Notes: generated by a model from the sequence alone, not told the origin. Counted from the stretch's first letter, positions 12,721 through 25,376 are shown. The stretch is 64,000 nucleotides of DNA from Octopus vulgaris (GCA_951406725.2 OX597834.1:10230001-10294000), one strand, 5' to 3'. Numbers and translations are program-made.

Positions 12721-14060
12721 GTTTATAAAGAATAATGAAAATATATTTACAATTCAATTGTATAATTGATATGTTGCTCATAGTTTGGTGTAATGTAAGA
12801 ATGAAAAAAAACAGAAGAAGAGAAAAGGACGAGAATGATATAGATTTATGAATGTATTTCTTTGGGAATGCGTGGTTATCTTCGATTTTATTTTCTGTAT
12901 TCATCTGGCTTTAACGTTCATATTCCTCCTCCACGTTTAGCGAAAATCGCATGCTTGGTTCCATGCTAGGGCCGTTATCTCTCATTAACTGCTGGTTCTT
13001 TTCAAATTTCCGAAATAATGTATCACATTCCTCGACGTAATTTGTTTCATTTGGATTGTCCTTTTCTTCGTATGAGCATTGCTGATCCAAATTAAAGAGG
13101 CCATGATCTGTTAATTCCCTTGAATGAGCTAACAGTAGAATACGAACAATTCTATTACGTATTTCATAGAAACCAAACTCTCATCCAATAATACTTTTTC
13201 GTTGTTTTGGAAGGTCAATAAAATCCTAAACATAATACATTCAAATATGTTTCCTGGTGACTCCCTAGTTGCTTTCAATTAGATCTTCCTAGGATTTATA
13301 AATATTTACAATAGCATCTTTTTACTAAATCATTTCAAGAAATTTCCCATTCAGATGCAATTCTGTTTCAGCAAAACCTTTTGTTAAATACAAAGACATG
13401 GAATTACAAAACACATCTGGTTTGTGTTTTGCACGTGGGTTGTCCTCAGAGACCACAATATGCTTCACCTTTTCAATCAGAGCCCTAATTGCATTAGACT
13501 GATTACGAAGCATTGTCTAAATTTGAGGGGCGCCTTAAATCAACATTTGAATTGGAAATATTTTCTCTCGGTGGCAAACCACAGCGAAAATGCGTCACTA
13601 AAAATCAAATGTATCCCTAGCATATTCGAGCTTATCAAAAATTGTCTTATCTTATACCATTGCTTCGAGCACAAATCATATATTTTCTTCCTGTCGGGCA
13701 ACTGATAAATGCAGTTGTGAAGTAATATTTGCTGGTTTCTTGTAAAGAAGGGCAGTCTGGCAATCAGTTCAGGGTTGCTGCACTTGCTATCTGAGTCTGA
13801 CGACAGTTAAGGATAAACAAATGTATTTAGCACTCCACGAACGCATGCCACCCCACACAAACGTGTTTATATATATATATATATATCGGCAAAAGTGAGC
13901 GATATATTAAGTGCTAGGCTTACAAAGAATAAGTCCTGGAGTAGATTTCTTCGACTAAAAAAACAAAAAACCTTTAAAGCGGTGCTCCAACATGGCCGGA
14001 GTCAAATAATTAAATCAAGTCGAAGAATAAAAGAATACCATATATGTGTGTGTGTGTGTG

Positions 14061-14096
<36 letters not shown>

Positions 14097-14319
14097 GCTT
14101 CAATAGAGATATCTGATTTGAGGCCATCATGATTATCTTCTATCTTCACTGTTTAATCACCCATACTGTGTTGCATAGTTAACAACGTGTCAGAGATCAA
14201 ATTCATGGTCGATACCAGTGAACGTCACTAACATATTTCCTTGCTTTTAATATTGGGCTATAATTATACGGGTAGATGATTACATGAATGCTTACCCTTA
14301 TCAAGTGTGTCTTCGATTC

Positions 14320-14530
14320 TACGCAAAACGGTTCCGCAGACATTGTTCAGTCCTTCATTGAGGATGGTCCAGTTCAGAGCGTTGTAGAAGAGGAAAGGTA
14401 GGAACAGTGTGCGGAAAAGACGAATCTTCATCTTTAGGGAAAATGTTGGGCTTCTTCCAATTTTCCGTATGCATACATACGTGACCTTCTGCCCTCCATA
14501 TCTTGCACATATGTCTACGTCAAAACCAAT
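14320..14530 (-). mobile_element. Decayed non-LTR retrotransposon fragment (region C-terminal to RT)
   Basis: Minus strand reads SLKMKIRLFRTLFLPFLFYNALNWT, resembling the K.RL.....L.YG...WT motif of RTE-type ORF2. Confidence 0.55.
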
Positions 14531-14802
14531 TCGTGTCTCTTCTCCAAATCCTCTCAGATAACATGTCTTGTATCAGTTTGATCATGTCTAGTTCTATAAT
14601 TATTGCACTGAGAGCACGAGCGACGGAACCACCTTCGTAAATACATTTATTTACACTTTCACCAATATGTGTGGTGGCGGCGTCCAAGTGACATTGTTGT
14701 TTTCTTCTCTCAAACAGCACTAGCGTCGTCCATATTATATCATTGTTTAAAGAATTGACATTAGATGTTTCATTATTTCAAATGACGTTAAATTTTTGAT
14801 TA

Positions 14803-15282
14803 TCTATATATATAAAACTCTAGTTGTGTGAGTGTCTGTCCCCTTCGATTTAGATTCCTAACTCCTCCCACATTTTGCGGTGCAGTTTAACCAAATTCGG
14901 GTATCTTATAGTCGTGATTCATATCGAGCCCGTCTGACTATTAGCGCGCGTCAACGATGAGTCTACGATTTTACAAATAATTTAACAATTTTTTATTCCA
15001 TTTTAATGCATAAAATGCATCGTGTGTCGATGGCGGCGGAGTTGGCGTCCACGCTCACAGCTGCACCTGTTTGCTTCTCCCCCTTCCCTCCCTCGTGAAG
15101 CTGTGGGGAAGGGAGTGTAAAGAAATCAACGTCGTAATGCGTTGTGAAGGAAACCAGCGTTCTTTTAGAACAACGACTTCATGGCTTGAAGACACCAAAA
15201 CAAAAATGGCTAAGAAAGCCCGAATTTATAAGGGAAGTAACTCTCTAAAAATGCTTATATAGTTATTTCCCTTACAAACCCG
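14803..15282 (+). mobile_element. Helitron-like element, 3'-truncated
   Basis: TCTATATATATAAAA start, ends in TATAGTTATTTCCCTTACAAACCCG shared with 3099-3480. Confidence 0.6.
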
Positions 15283-15738
15283 TTGGCAATGACGGCAGCG
15301 GGTTGTTGTTTTTGATGACAACTACGACACCAATGATTGTAATCGCGATGATGATGACGATTATAATGATGCAACTTTATTGACCGAGGTTACTGTGGTC
15401 TTTTCCGTAGCTTTTTCTTTCCACTGATAAACCTTATCTGCTTCCCCCTTTACACTTTACATCATGACATTTTCTCTCTTTTTACGATCCCTTTTGATCA
15501 AAAACCTACCCCCCACCTTTTTATTTTTATTTTATTTTTTTCTTCTCCTCCAAAAGAAAAGCTCTACTTTGTAATTTCTCTCTTCTGTGTTCAGCCCTGT
15601 GTAGCTAACAAAGAAACATATAATGATGATCAGGAGAAAGAAGGAGAAGATGGGGATGGCGACATCATCATCATTATCACCATCATCATCACCATCATTT
15701 CTGCTCTTAGCATAATACTAGAAATATTTGCCGAATAC

Positions 15739-15777
<39 letters not shown>

Positions 15778-16235
15778 GAAACACTTAGTGCCCACTTTAA
15801 TTCGCTCCGTCAGTTTTCCTACAATTCATACGTATGTACACTTTCAAATATCATTTTGTACATATAAGGATTTCTCTCTCGGTAAACAATCAGTAAACTC
15901 ATCTATAATTTCGCTAAACACTTTAAAGTTTTCACCTGTTGTTAAATTAAATAATCAAGCACTTATCTCCAGAAGTTAAGACGTGACGAGGCTATCACAA
16001 ACTGAAGGCTATACTTCCTTTAATATCATTTTCCTGTCTTCATGTCCTCTACTTCATCTTTCCTCTTCTTTGGTTCCCATTCTTTTACTTGGCTCTCATC
16101 CTTCCGGGTAACAAGTAAATACAGTACCGGCCTAATACTGTGGTCAATTGTATCTTCTGCTCGCTGCAAAATTCCTGGCTTTGTACTCAAATCAGAAGCA
16201 ATTAATTCTTAATATTTTTTTTAGTTTCTCTTTCT

Positions 16236-16633
16236 CTCTTTTACTTGTTTCAGTCATGTGACTGTGGCCATGCTGGAGCACCGCCTTTATTCAAACAAAT
16301 CGACCGCAGGACTTATTCTTTGTAAGCCTAGTACTTAATCTATTGGTCTCTTTTGCCGAACCGCTATGTTACGGGGACGTAAACATACCACCATCGGTTG
16401 GCAAGCGATGTTGGGGGGACAAACACAGACACATATATATATATATACATATATATACATACATATATACGACGGGCTTCTTTCAGTTTCCGTCTACCAA
16501 ATCCACTCACAAGGCTTTGGTTGGCCCGGGGCTATAGTAGAAGACACTTGCCCAAGGTGCCACGCAGTGGGACTGAACCTGGAACCATGTGGTTGGTAAG
16601 GAAGCTACTTACCACACAGCCACTCCTGCGCCT
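16236..16633 (-). mobile_element. SINE family A
   Basis: Full-length reverse copy. Confidence 0.9.
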
Positions 16634-16740
16634 GTTTATTTATTTATTTAGCATTGAAATAGGGTATAGAACTTCCTAGCTATATGGTTTGGGGCTCCGA
16701 TTCACTGCGTGGCACCTTGGGCAAGTTACTTCTACTATAG

Positions 16741-17012
16741 TTCTATATTTAAGAGATGAGGAATTATGTACAGTATTTACATTTGACAGATAATTGTCCT
16801 CATCTTGTTTGTTGCTAACACAACGTTTCGGCTGATATACCCTCCAGCCTTCATCAGGTGTCTTGGGGAGATTTCGAACCAGGCTTCTCATTCCTAAGGT
16901 ATTTTTCGATATTAGTATTATTATTATTGCTCAGGTCACTGCTTGGAATCGAACTCTGAATCTTGGGGTTAGTAGCCCACGCTCTTAACCACTACGCTCT
17001 ATGCCCCTGGGC
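16741..17012 (-). mobile_element. Composite element: tRNA-like head + hammerhead + 3' body (family H3)
   Basis: Minus strand: GCGTAGTGGTTAAGAGCG (A box) ... GAGTTCGATTCC (B box) ... hammerhead ... CATCTCTTAAATATAGAAC. Relatives at 50032-50600. Confidence 0.75.
16817..16862 (-). ncRNA. Minimal type I hammerhead motif, intact
   Basis: Minus strand: gacac CTGATGA a ggctg gagggtatat cagcc GAAAC GTT gtgtt. Palindromic AACGTT stem III. Confidence 0.85.
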
Positions 17013-17425
17013 TTCTACTTCTACAATAGCTAGGGCTAACCAAAGACTTGTGAGTGGATGTGGAAGACAGCAACTGAAAGAAGCTCGACGTGCACATATG
17101 TGTGTGCGTGTGGGGGTGCGTGCGCGTGTGTGTACATATATATGTACGTGTGTGTGTAAGTGCGTGCGTATGCATGTATGTATGTATGCGTTAAGGTATA
17201 TATGTTTGCGTGTCTGTTTGTGCTAGTGTTTTGTCTCGCACCATCGTTTTACAATCGATGTCGCTTTGTTTACGTACTTGCAACACAGCGGTTCGACAAA
17301 AAGTGATTAATGGAATAAATATATGGTTTGAAGAAACAAGTACTAAGGTGAATTCGTTCGATTAATCACTTCAAGGCGGTGCTACTGCATGACTGAAGCA
17401 AGTAATTGAGAAGATATCCAATGTT

Positions 17426-17852
17426 ATATTCTGTTGTCTGAGGAGAATAATTTTCTTTTTGTGCCTCATAATTTAACACACTCAATGGTAAAATTTCCAC
17501 TTATTTCTTATTATTTTCCTAAAATTTTCGTTGCGTCTTGCAACCTTTTCAATCGTCTTGACTCTCAATAGCCTTGACTCTCTATAGCCTTGACTCTCAA
17601 TAGCCTTGACTCTCAATAGCCTTGACTCTCAATAGCCTTGACTCTCAATAGCCTTGACTCAATAGAGAATCAAGACTATTGAAAAGGTTGCAAGACGCAA
17701 CGAAAATTTTAGGAAAATAAAAAAAAAAGAAATAAGTGGAAATGTTACCGGTGAGTGTGTTACATTATAAGGCACAAAAAGTAAATGACTCTCGCCAGAC
17801 AACAGAATATGCTTCAACACACGAACTCATATAAAGAATCTTGTAAACCAAA
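17426..17852. mobile_element. Hairpin element family H1, second copy, with 16-bp tandem repeats in the loop
   Basis: Arms about 17426-17565 and 17664-17810, homologous to 8444-8952. U3:A8 hammerhead motifs at 17519-17555 (-) and 17676-17712 (+). Confidence 0.8.
17558..17665. repeat. 16-bp tandem repeat (TTGACTCTCAATAGCC), about 6.7 copies
   Basis: Direct reading. Confidence 0.9.
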
Positions 17853-18488
17853 TGTTATATATTTTTGTGAAATTCTTTTAATGTAGTTCTATCCGTTCCC
17901 CTTCTCTGGGCTCAAATGTATGATTTTAAATTTAACTTCATAATGTAAAAATCAAATTCCTTAAACTTGTACTTGATGAGTTAATGTCGAAATCTACGTG
18001 GTAGCCAATTCAGGAATGTTACATCCTAAGGTTTAGTGACCTTCTGCTCATTAATTTTGCATCTGTCACACACTCAATTAAACTGAAAATAGCCAATTTA
18101 ATATTCAGGAACACTCGAAAACTTCGAGAGGGACATTGAACAGACTGTCATATTTGTGATAAATATTATATTGGTAACACTTAATCAAAGTTTGAACGGT
18201 AGCCAAAGCTGAAGCTACTGTTCTGTCCCTTAAACTGCAGGAAACAGAGTTAACATTCCACTATATTAGTGCTAGGCAAAAAAAAAAAATCATATTTTGA
18301 TGAGATAATGAAAACATCGATATAATTATATCTTAAAGATGTATTGGTTACAAATGAGTCAGGCAGACTGGTCAACCGAGTCTGCCTGGTACTAAACAAT
18401 AAAACCACCGACTATGAATGTTTAAAGTTGACACTTTGTCCTTAATAGTGACAAAAATCATATATAGAAATCGAATCGAAAATGATGT

Positions 18489-19572
18489 TATTTCTTTATT
18501 GCCCAGATGGGGCTAAACACAGAGGGGAGAAACAAGAACATACAAAGAGATTAAGTCGATTGCATCGACCCCAGTGCGTAACTGGTACTTAATTTATCGA
18601 CCCCGAAAGGATGAAAGGCAAAATCGACCTCGATGGAATTTGAAACCAGAACGTAACGGCAGACGAAATACCTATTTCTTTACTACCCACAAGGGGCTAC
18701 ACACAGAGGGGACAAACAAGGACAGACAAAGAGATTAAGTCGATTGCATCGACCCCAGTGCGTAACTGGTACTTATTTAATCGACCCCGAAAGGATGAAA
18801 GGCAAAATCGACCTCGGTGGAATTTGAAATCAGAACGTAACGGCAGACGAAATACCTATTTCTTTACTACCCACAAGGGGCTACACACAGAGAGGACAAA
18901 CAAGAACAGACAAAGAGATTAAGTCGATTGCATCGACCCCAGTGCGTAACTGGTACTTATTTAATCGACCCCGAAAGGATGAAAGGCAAAATCGACCTCG
19001 GTGGAATTTGAAATCAGAACGTAACGGCAGACGAAATACCTATTTCTTTACTACCCACAAGGGGCTACACACAGAGAGGACAAACAAGAACAGACAAAGA
19101 GATTAAGTCGATTGCATCGACCCCAGTGCGTAACTGGTACTTATTTAATCGACCCCGAAAGGATGAAAGGCAAAATCGACCTCGGTGGAATTTGAAATCA
19201 GAACGTAACGGCAGACGAAATACCTATTTCTTTACTACCCACAAGGGGCTACACACAGAGAGGACAAACAAGAACATACAAAGAGATTAAGTCGATTGCA
19301 TCGACCCCAGTGCGTAACTGGTACTTATTTAATCGACCCCGAAAGGATGAAAGGCAAAATCGACCTCGGTGGAATTTGAAATCAGAACGTAACGGCAGAC
19401 GAAATACCTATTTCTTTACTACCCACAAGGGGCTACACACAGAGAGGACAAACAAGAACATACAAAGAGATTAAGTCGATTGCATCGACCCCAGTGCGTA
19501 AGTGCTACTTATTTAATCGACTCCGAAGGATAAAAAGCAAAGTCGACCTCGGAACGTAACGGCAGACGAAAT
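18489..19572 (-). repeat. Tandem array of six 184-bp SINE family B-derived units
   Basis: Unit starts at 18489, 18673, 18857, 19041, 19225 and 19409. Inner units are nearly identical. Confidence 0.92.
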
Positions 19573-19984
19573 AATGCTGTGGTAGCTTCATTAGCTGAAT
19601 AATCATCGTCATGTAGCTTATTGCATATTGAATAACTTGGAGTTCTCTTGTCCTAAAATTGGTTAATTACCCCTGTGTACATCCACAGGGACGGGTATAT
19701 ATTGGGGTGATTTCAACTCACTTCGAGCCAAATACTGCTATGAATCCAATCGGATTACGTTTCTCGACCTTTGATGCCGAAATAATGGGAAGTAAGTTAC
19801 ACTATAGGGTTTGGTCTCAGAACACTAAAGTGCCAGAGTAAAGACTATAAAGTATATTTTAGAAGTCTCTAACATTTCTGCTGGTTCATTGCATTCTTCT
19901 ATGAATAAACGTATTTGTCGTCTTCGAATCAACTTTCTCTCTCTATATCTATCTATCTATGTATATATATGTATATATATGTAG

Positions 19985-20518
19985 AGGCGGCGAGCTGGCA
20001 GAAACGTTAGCACGTCGGGCGAAATGCGTAGCCGTATTTCGTCTGCCGTTAAGTGTTCTGGGTTCAAATTCCGCCGAGGTCGACTTTGCCTTTCATCCTT
20101 TCGGGGTCGATAAATTAAGTACCAGTTACGCACTGGGGGTCGATGTAATCGACTTAATCACTTTGTCTGTCCTTGTTTGTCCCCTCTATGTGTAGCCCCT
20201 TGTGGGTAGTAAAGAAATATATATGTATATATATGTATGTATGTGTGTATATGTGTGTGTGTATGTGTGTATATGTGTGTGTGTGTTATTGCGAGCTGGC
20301 TGAATCGCTAGCACGCCGGGCGAAATGCTAAGCGGTATTTCGTCTGCGTTACGTTGTGAGTTCAAATTCCGCCGAGGTCGACTTTGCCTTTCATCCTTTC
20401 GGGGTCGATAAATTAAGTACCAGTTACGCACTGGGGTCGATGTAATCGACTTAATACCTATGTCTGTCCTTGTTTGTCCCCTCTGTGTTTAGCCTCTTGT
20501 GGGTAATAAAGAAATAAG
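19985..20518 (+). mobile_element. Two SINE family B copies (19985-20218, 20291-20518)
   Basis: AGGCGGCGAGCTGGCAGAAACGTTAGCACG head through GGGTAGTAAAGAAAT tail. Confidence 0.88.
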
Positions 20519-21214
20519 TAGGTCTCACAAAAGCCGAGAAAGCATTGTGCAGTGGTATTTTGCCAAGTGCCAATTCACAAATCTTTCGGCTTTTGAGTCA
20601 CTATGTAAACCTTGCCATTAAAATAACATATGGGTTCGTATATAAATATGTATGTGTGTGAGTGTATGTATTCATGCATATGTTTATATACGTATCTTTG
20701 TATAAACGTATACCCATATCTTGAGTCCTGTTTTTCCTTTTTATACCACCAAATACACACACAAATAAAACCATAATAAAGAGATGTTTTTTTTTCTTTC
20801 ACAACCTCAACTTACTACTCCGTTATTCATTCATTCATTTATTTATTTTGCATTCTACTTATAAAGTAGAATACAAAACATTCGTTTAAGAAAAGAACGC
20901 TTTGGTCTTCAACGGCAATCAAAAATCCTTTTACTCTTAGCTCAGAATACGCCACACGGCGCTTTTTTTTCCCCACAAGCAGCGCTGAAATATTTCTTTA
21001 TCACTTTCGCTTTTAACAGTCTTGTCAGATATTAAGCTACTGAGGAGATTTTCTTGCCAACGTCTTTGCCTGACATTTTATAATCCCATTTTCATTTTTA
21101 TTTTCTTGGCGTTTTTCCGGCCCTCTTGTAAAGATGCTTGCTATCTCCGTTTTCATTTTATATTTGTTGGCTTCCTTGAAAACGGACAAATGTTTTTCTG
21201 TTTTGTACAGATTC

Positions 21215-21615
21215 CTTCTCTTTTGCTCTCTCACTCTCTTTCTCTTACTGTCACTCTTTTTGTATCTCTCTCTCACTCTCTTTCTATTACTGTCACTCTT
21301 TTTGTATCTCTCTCTCACTCTCTTTCTATTACTGTCACTCTTTCTATTACTGTCACTCTTTTTGTATCTCTCTCTCTATATATATATGTTTGTGTGATTG
21401 TCTATCTGTCTATCTCTCTCTTTCACGATATATATGTGTGTCTGTGTGTGTCTGTCTGCGTGTGTGTGCGTGTGTGTCTGCGTCTGTGCGTGTGTCTGTG
21501 TGTGTGCGCGCCTGTGTGTGTGCGCCTGTGTGTGCGCCTGTGTGCGTGCCTGTGTGTGTGCCTGTGTGTGTGCCTGTGTGTGTGCCTGTGTCTGTGTGTG
21601 CCTGTGTGTATGTAT
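21215..21615. repeat. Pyrimidine-rich minisatellite plus (TGTGTGCC)-type repeat
   Basis: ATTACTGTCACTCTTTTTGTATCTCTCTCTC units followed by GT-rich repeats. Explains the 286-aa ORF. Confidence 0.85.
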
Positions 21616-22365
21616 ATGCATATGCGCTTCTCGTTTAGATATATTAGTGTGCTTGTATTATTTTTATTTTCGTTTATCATACAGGAGATAATTTATACTA
21701 TGCTCTTAGTGGAATACACACACGCACGCACGCACACATGCACAAACGCGCGCGCACACACACACCCGATCACTTACACACATCTGCCTACTCGTTTTCA
21801 TGGTAAATACAATCCGCCTTCTTCGTCGGCTCGTTCAGTTGGGTGTCTTCTAAAGTCAATCATTACTTTTTGCCTTCTTTAGTCGTCTAGTCTTGGTAAT
21901 TCACTTCTGTTTACCATTTAGGATTGTTTTAGGCTTTCATAGAATGTTTCTTTAATGATAAGTATATCATATTTCCTATTATAATGATGATGTTAACAAC
22001 GACAGCAGTAGAAGCCGTTCAAGAATTTGGACCTGGAGATCTCCATTTCCAGCGACTTCGAGGGCCATCCCCCAGTGGTGTCGGGCGTCAACGAAGAGCC
22101 CACGACTACAACAAGACGACCAAAGTTTTTTTTTTCCCCAAGGTCTGGAGTCTCCCTCCCTTAAGTCCTGGATCATCACCTAATCACCCTTACCCGTCTT
22201 GTTGCATAACTACAACAACAGCAGCCGTAGCAACAACATCAACAATAATAATAATTTCGGTTATTTGTCACAAGGACTTAAAACGTTGAGAGCAATATCA
22301 AAGGACGATGTAAAAGTCACAGACAGGTGAGATTTACATCGATCGAAAGGAGACAAAATAAGGAT

Positions 22366-22770
22366 ATAGGCGCAGGAGTGGCTGTGTGGTAAGTAGCTTG
22401 CTAACCAACCACATGGTTCTGGGTTCAGTCCCACTGCGTGGCATCTTGGGCAAGTGTCTTCTGCTATAGCCCCGGGCCGACCAATGCCTTGTGAGTGGAT
22501 TTGGTAGACGGAAACTGAAAGAAGCCTGTCGTATATATGTATATATATGTATATGTGTGTGTGTGTGTGTCTGTGTTTGTCCCCCTAGCATTGCTTGACA
22601 ACCGATGCTGGTGTGTTTACGTTCCCATCAATTAGCGGTTCGGCAAAAGCGACCGATAGAATAAGTACTGGGCTTACAAAGAATAAGTCCCGGGGTCGAT
22701 TTGCTCGACTAAAAGGCGGTGCTCCAGCATGGCCGCAGTCAAATGACTGAAACAAGTAAAAGAGAAAAGA
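22366..22770 (+). mobile_element. SINE family A
   Basis: Full-length, low-divergence copy. Confidence 0.92.
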
Positions 22771-22814
22771 GAATAGCAAAAGGGTATAAAAATTAAATAT
22801 AGAAAGCATAAATC

Positions 22815-23290
22815 AGTCGAATCCGAAATAACGGAAAGTCCACCATTCAGCTTCACCTGTCTCACCACTCTCATCCACCTTTCGATAAATGATGCAGAAG
22901 TCATCTCCTTCTACCCGCACATTCCTTTCCAATTGATATTTGAAGAAAGTGATGAGAGCTTGGGTGGAGAGGACAGTACCTGTTTTATTTCTGTGTCAAG
23001 GTGGTGAATCGATCTTCACTATGCACTTGTCTTTCAGGAGTCAGTAGCTGCTAGACACTAACCCACCACAACTCGCTAAAGCATGGAAACGAAACAAATG
23101 CATGCAAGACAGTTTGGTTTGCTTACATGAATCTTGGACAGGTTAGGCTTGTCTCGAACAGACAATGCTGCTTGTAGCGCTGCCATGCTAAGGACTTTAG
23201 GAGTCTGTCCAAAGTGCCCAACCTGAAAGTCCCCATTTTAGACCACACAGACGGTTATTAATACTTCCCTCCCCAATAGCTTTGTCTCAC
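22815..23290 (-). mobile_element. Decayed L1/Tx1-like LINE ORF2 C-terminal fragment
   Basis: Minus strand fragments KSLAWQRY and GTVLSTQALITFFKYQLERNVRVE..SASFIERWMRVVRQ. Related to 53575-53960. Confidence 0.5.
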
Positions 23291-23295
23291 TAAAG

Positions 23296-23614
23296 ACTCC
23301 GCCGGTTACGACGACGAGGGTCCCAGCTGATACGATCAACGGAACAGCTTGCTCGTGAAATTAACGTGCAAATGGCTGAGCATTCCACAGACACGTGTAC
23401 CCTTAACGTAGTTCTCGGGGATAATCAGCGTGACACAGAGAGTGACAAGGCTGACCCTTTGAAATACAAGTACAACTCATTTTTGCCAGCTGAGTGGACT
23501 GGAGCAACGTGAAATAAAGTGTCTTGCTCAAGGACACAACGCGTCGCCGGGAATCGAACTCACAACCTTACGATCATGAGCCGAATGCCCTAACCACTAA
23601 GCCACGCGCCCTCA
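23296..23614 (-). mobile_element. tRNA-derived SINE family D
   Basis: Minus strand GGCGCGTGGCTTAGTGGTTAGGGC (A box), GAGTTCGATTCCC (B box), GTTGTGTCCTTGAGCAAGACACTTTA. Confidence 0.85.
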
Positions 23615-23699
23615 CGCTTTGTCTCACTAGTACAATGCTGTTAGCTACTGGTAGCATTGTCGATGCCGAACGCTCAATATTGTTCGTAACTGCACCCAT

Positions 23700-23881
23700 C
23701 TCTTTTACTCTCTTTTACTCGTTTCAGTCATTTGACTGCGGCCATGCTGGAGCACCGCCTTTTAGTCGAGCAAATCGACCCCGGGACTTATTCTTTGTAA
23801 GCCCAGTACTTATTCTATCGGTCTCTTTCGCCGAACCGCTAAGTGACGGGGACGTAAGCACACGAGGGGGGACAAACACAG

Positions 23882-23953
<72 letters not shown>

Positions 23954-24108
23954 GACAGGCTTCTTTCAGTTTCCGTCTACCAAATCCACTCACAAGGCAT
24001 TGGTCGGCCCGGGGCTATAGCAGAAGACACTTGCCCAAAGTGCCACGCAGTGGGACTGAACCCGGGACCATGTGGTTGGTTAGCAAGTTACTTACCACAC
24101 AGCCACTC
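23700..24108 (-). mobile_element. SINE family A
   Basis: Reverse copy with a small internal deletion. Confidence 0.9.
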
Positions 24109-24926
24109 GATTGCAGTTAGGTTAGATTTTAATCTAATCACGGATACAGTTTCAGATTAAAATCTTGATGAGTATCATAATTATAGTGTGCATATAAACG
24201 AACAACAGAACAAACTGAAACATTCTGTCTCAAAGACACTCCACGGAAAACGCTGACGATAAAAAGCTTATTTAAGAAAAAAACAGACTTCCAAACACGG
24301 TGTTTCGACCCGATTTTCGCTCCTCGGTCACGAATACGCCAGGTTTCCGAGCTAGTGTTTATTGGTCACAGTTAGCTGATTAGAAATGTTGCATAGAATA
24401 GTTGGTATCGCTGGAATGCGTTTCAGCATATGTCTTCTAGATTATAGACAACGTGGAACTAAACCAACAACAGCAGTGACGGTGTATTTAGCCATAATGT
24501 TGATGTTCATTCGAAGCTGAGTAAAATCTTCTTGTAAGTAACAAGATTGATTTCGAATACCGACGGGTGTGTTAGAAAGTTTAACGAGCACGAGTTGTTT
24601 CAAAAGTATGATAGTACTTATATATATATATATAAAATCAGATTTGAAAGAAAGATTTGTTGTTATTTGATTCACTATAACAACGCAAACAGCATTTATC
24701 CATTATTATATTAAGAATAATGGTTTAATATACTTTAGAGACATAAAAATATAATTGTTAAACTATTTTATACACCGTTGAAATTGTTGAAATAATCAAA
24801 CATTCGAAGGGAAGAAATGTTGGGTTTTAAATACCGAATGAATTATATCAAAAGGAAAATGTTGTTCTTGTTGCTGTAATTGTTGTTCTTGTCATGCACA
24901 GATAGATAGGTATAAATACATAAACA

Positions 24927-24982
<56 letters not shown>

Positions 24983-25376
24983 AATTAATAAATAAAATAA
25001 AACATATGTATATATACATACACATATATAAGTTTACATATGTATGTCTATAAAGGTAGATATAGGTATTTACGAATACATATATATATATATATATATA
25101 TACGCTCTATTGAAAAAATGAGGAGCGTACACACTAATACAATTGAACTCGTTCAACACACAGACTCCCGAGTACACAGAAATACATGAATACACAACCC
25201 CGCGCACATACATATGTATACATGCACGCACACATATATATGTCTATATGTATGCATGCACGCACACATATATATGTCTATATGTATGCACCTGTGTGTT
25301 TTGTATGTATGTATATATATATATATATATAGTCATGTTTATATATATATATATATATATATATAGGTATAGTCAT

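Larger units (their letters stand above)
16675..17405 (+). mobile_element. Old SINE family A copy interrupted by an insertion
   Basis: 5' part 16675-16740, resumes near 17016. ACTTCTACTATAG / ACTTCTACAATAG flank the insert. Confidence 0.7.

Noticed and set aside
16930-17005. tRNA genes at SINE heads (also 23540-23614, 46450-46526, 61425-61498)
   Set aside because: Incomplete cloverleafs embedded in repeats, so treated as tRNA-derived heads.
18489-19572. CRISPR-like appearance of this array and those at 37795, 44150 and 57065
   Set aside because: Eukaryotic context, no unique spacers and no cas genes. These are tandem repeats.
21022-21882. Longest ORF (286 aa)
   Set aside because: Built from CT- and GT-rich tandem repeats, with no domain or splice context.
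21984-22289. 101-aa + strand ORF as a possible extra exon
   Set aside because: No iGluR similarity, weak acceptor, and the flanking exons already join in frame without a gap.
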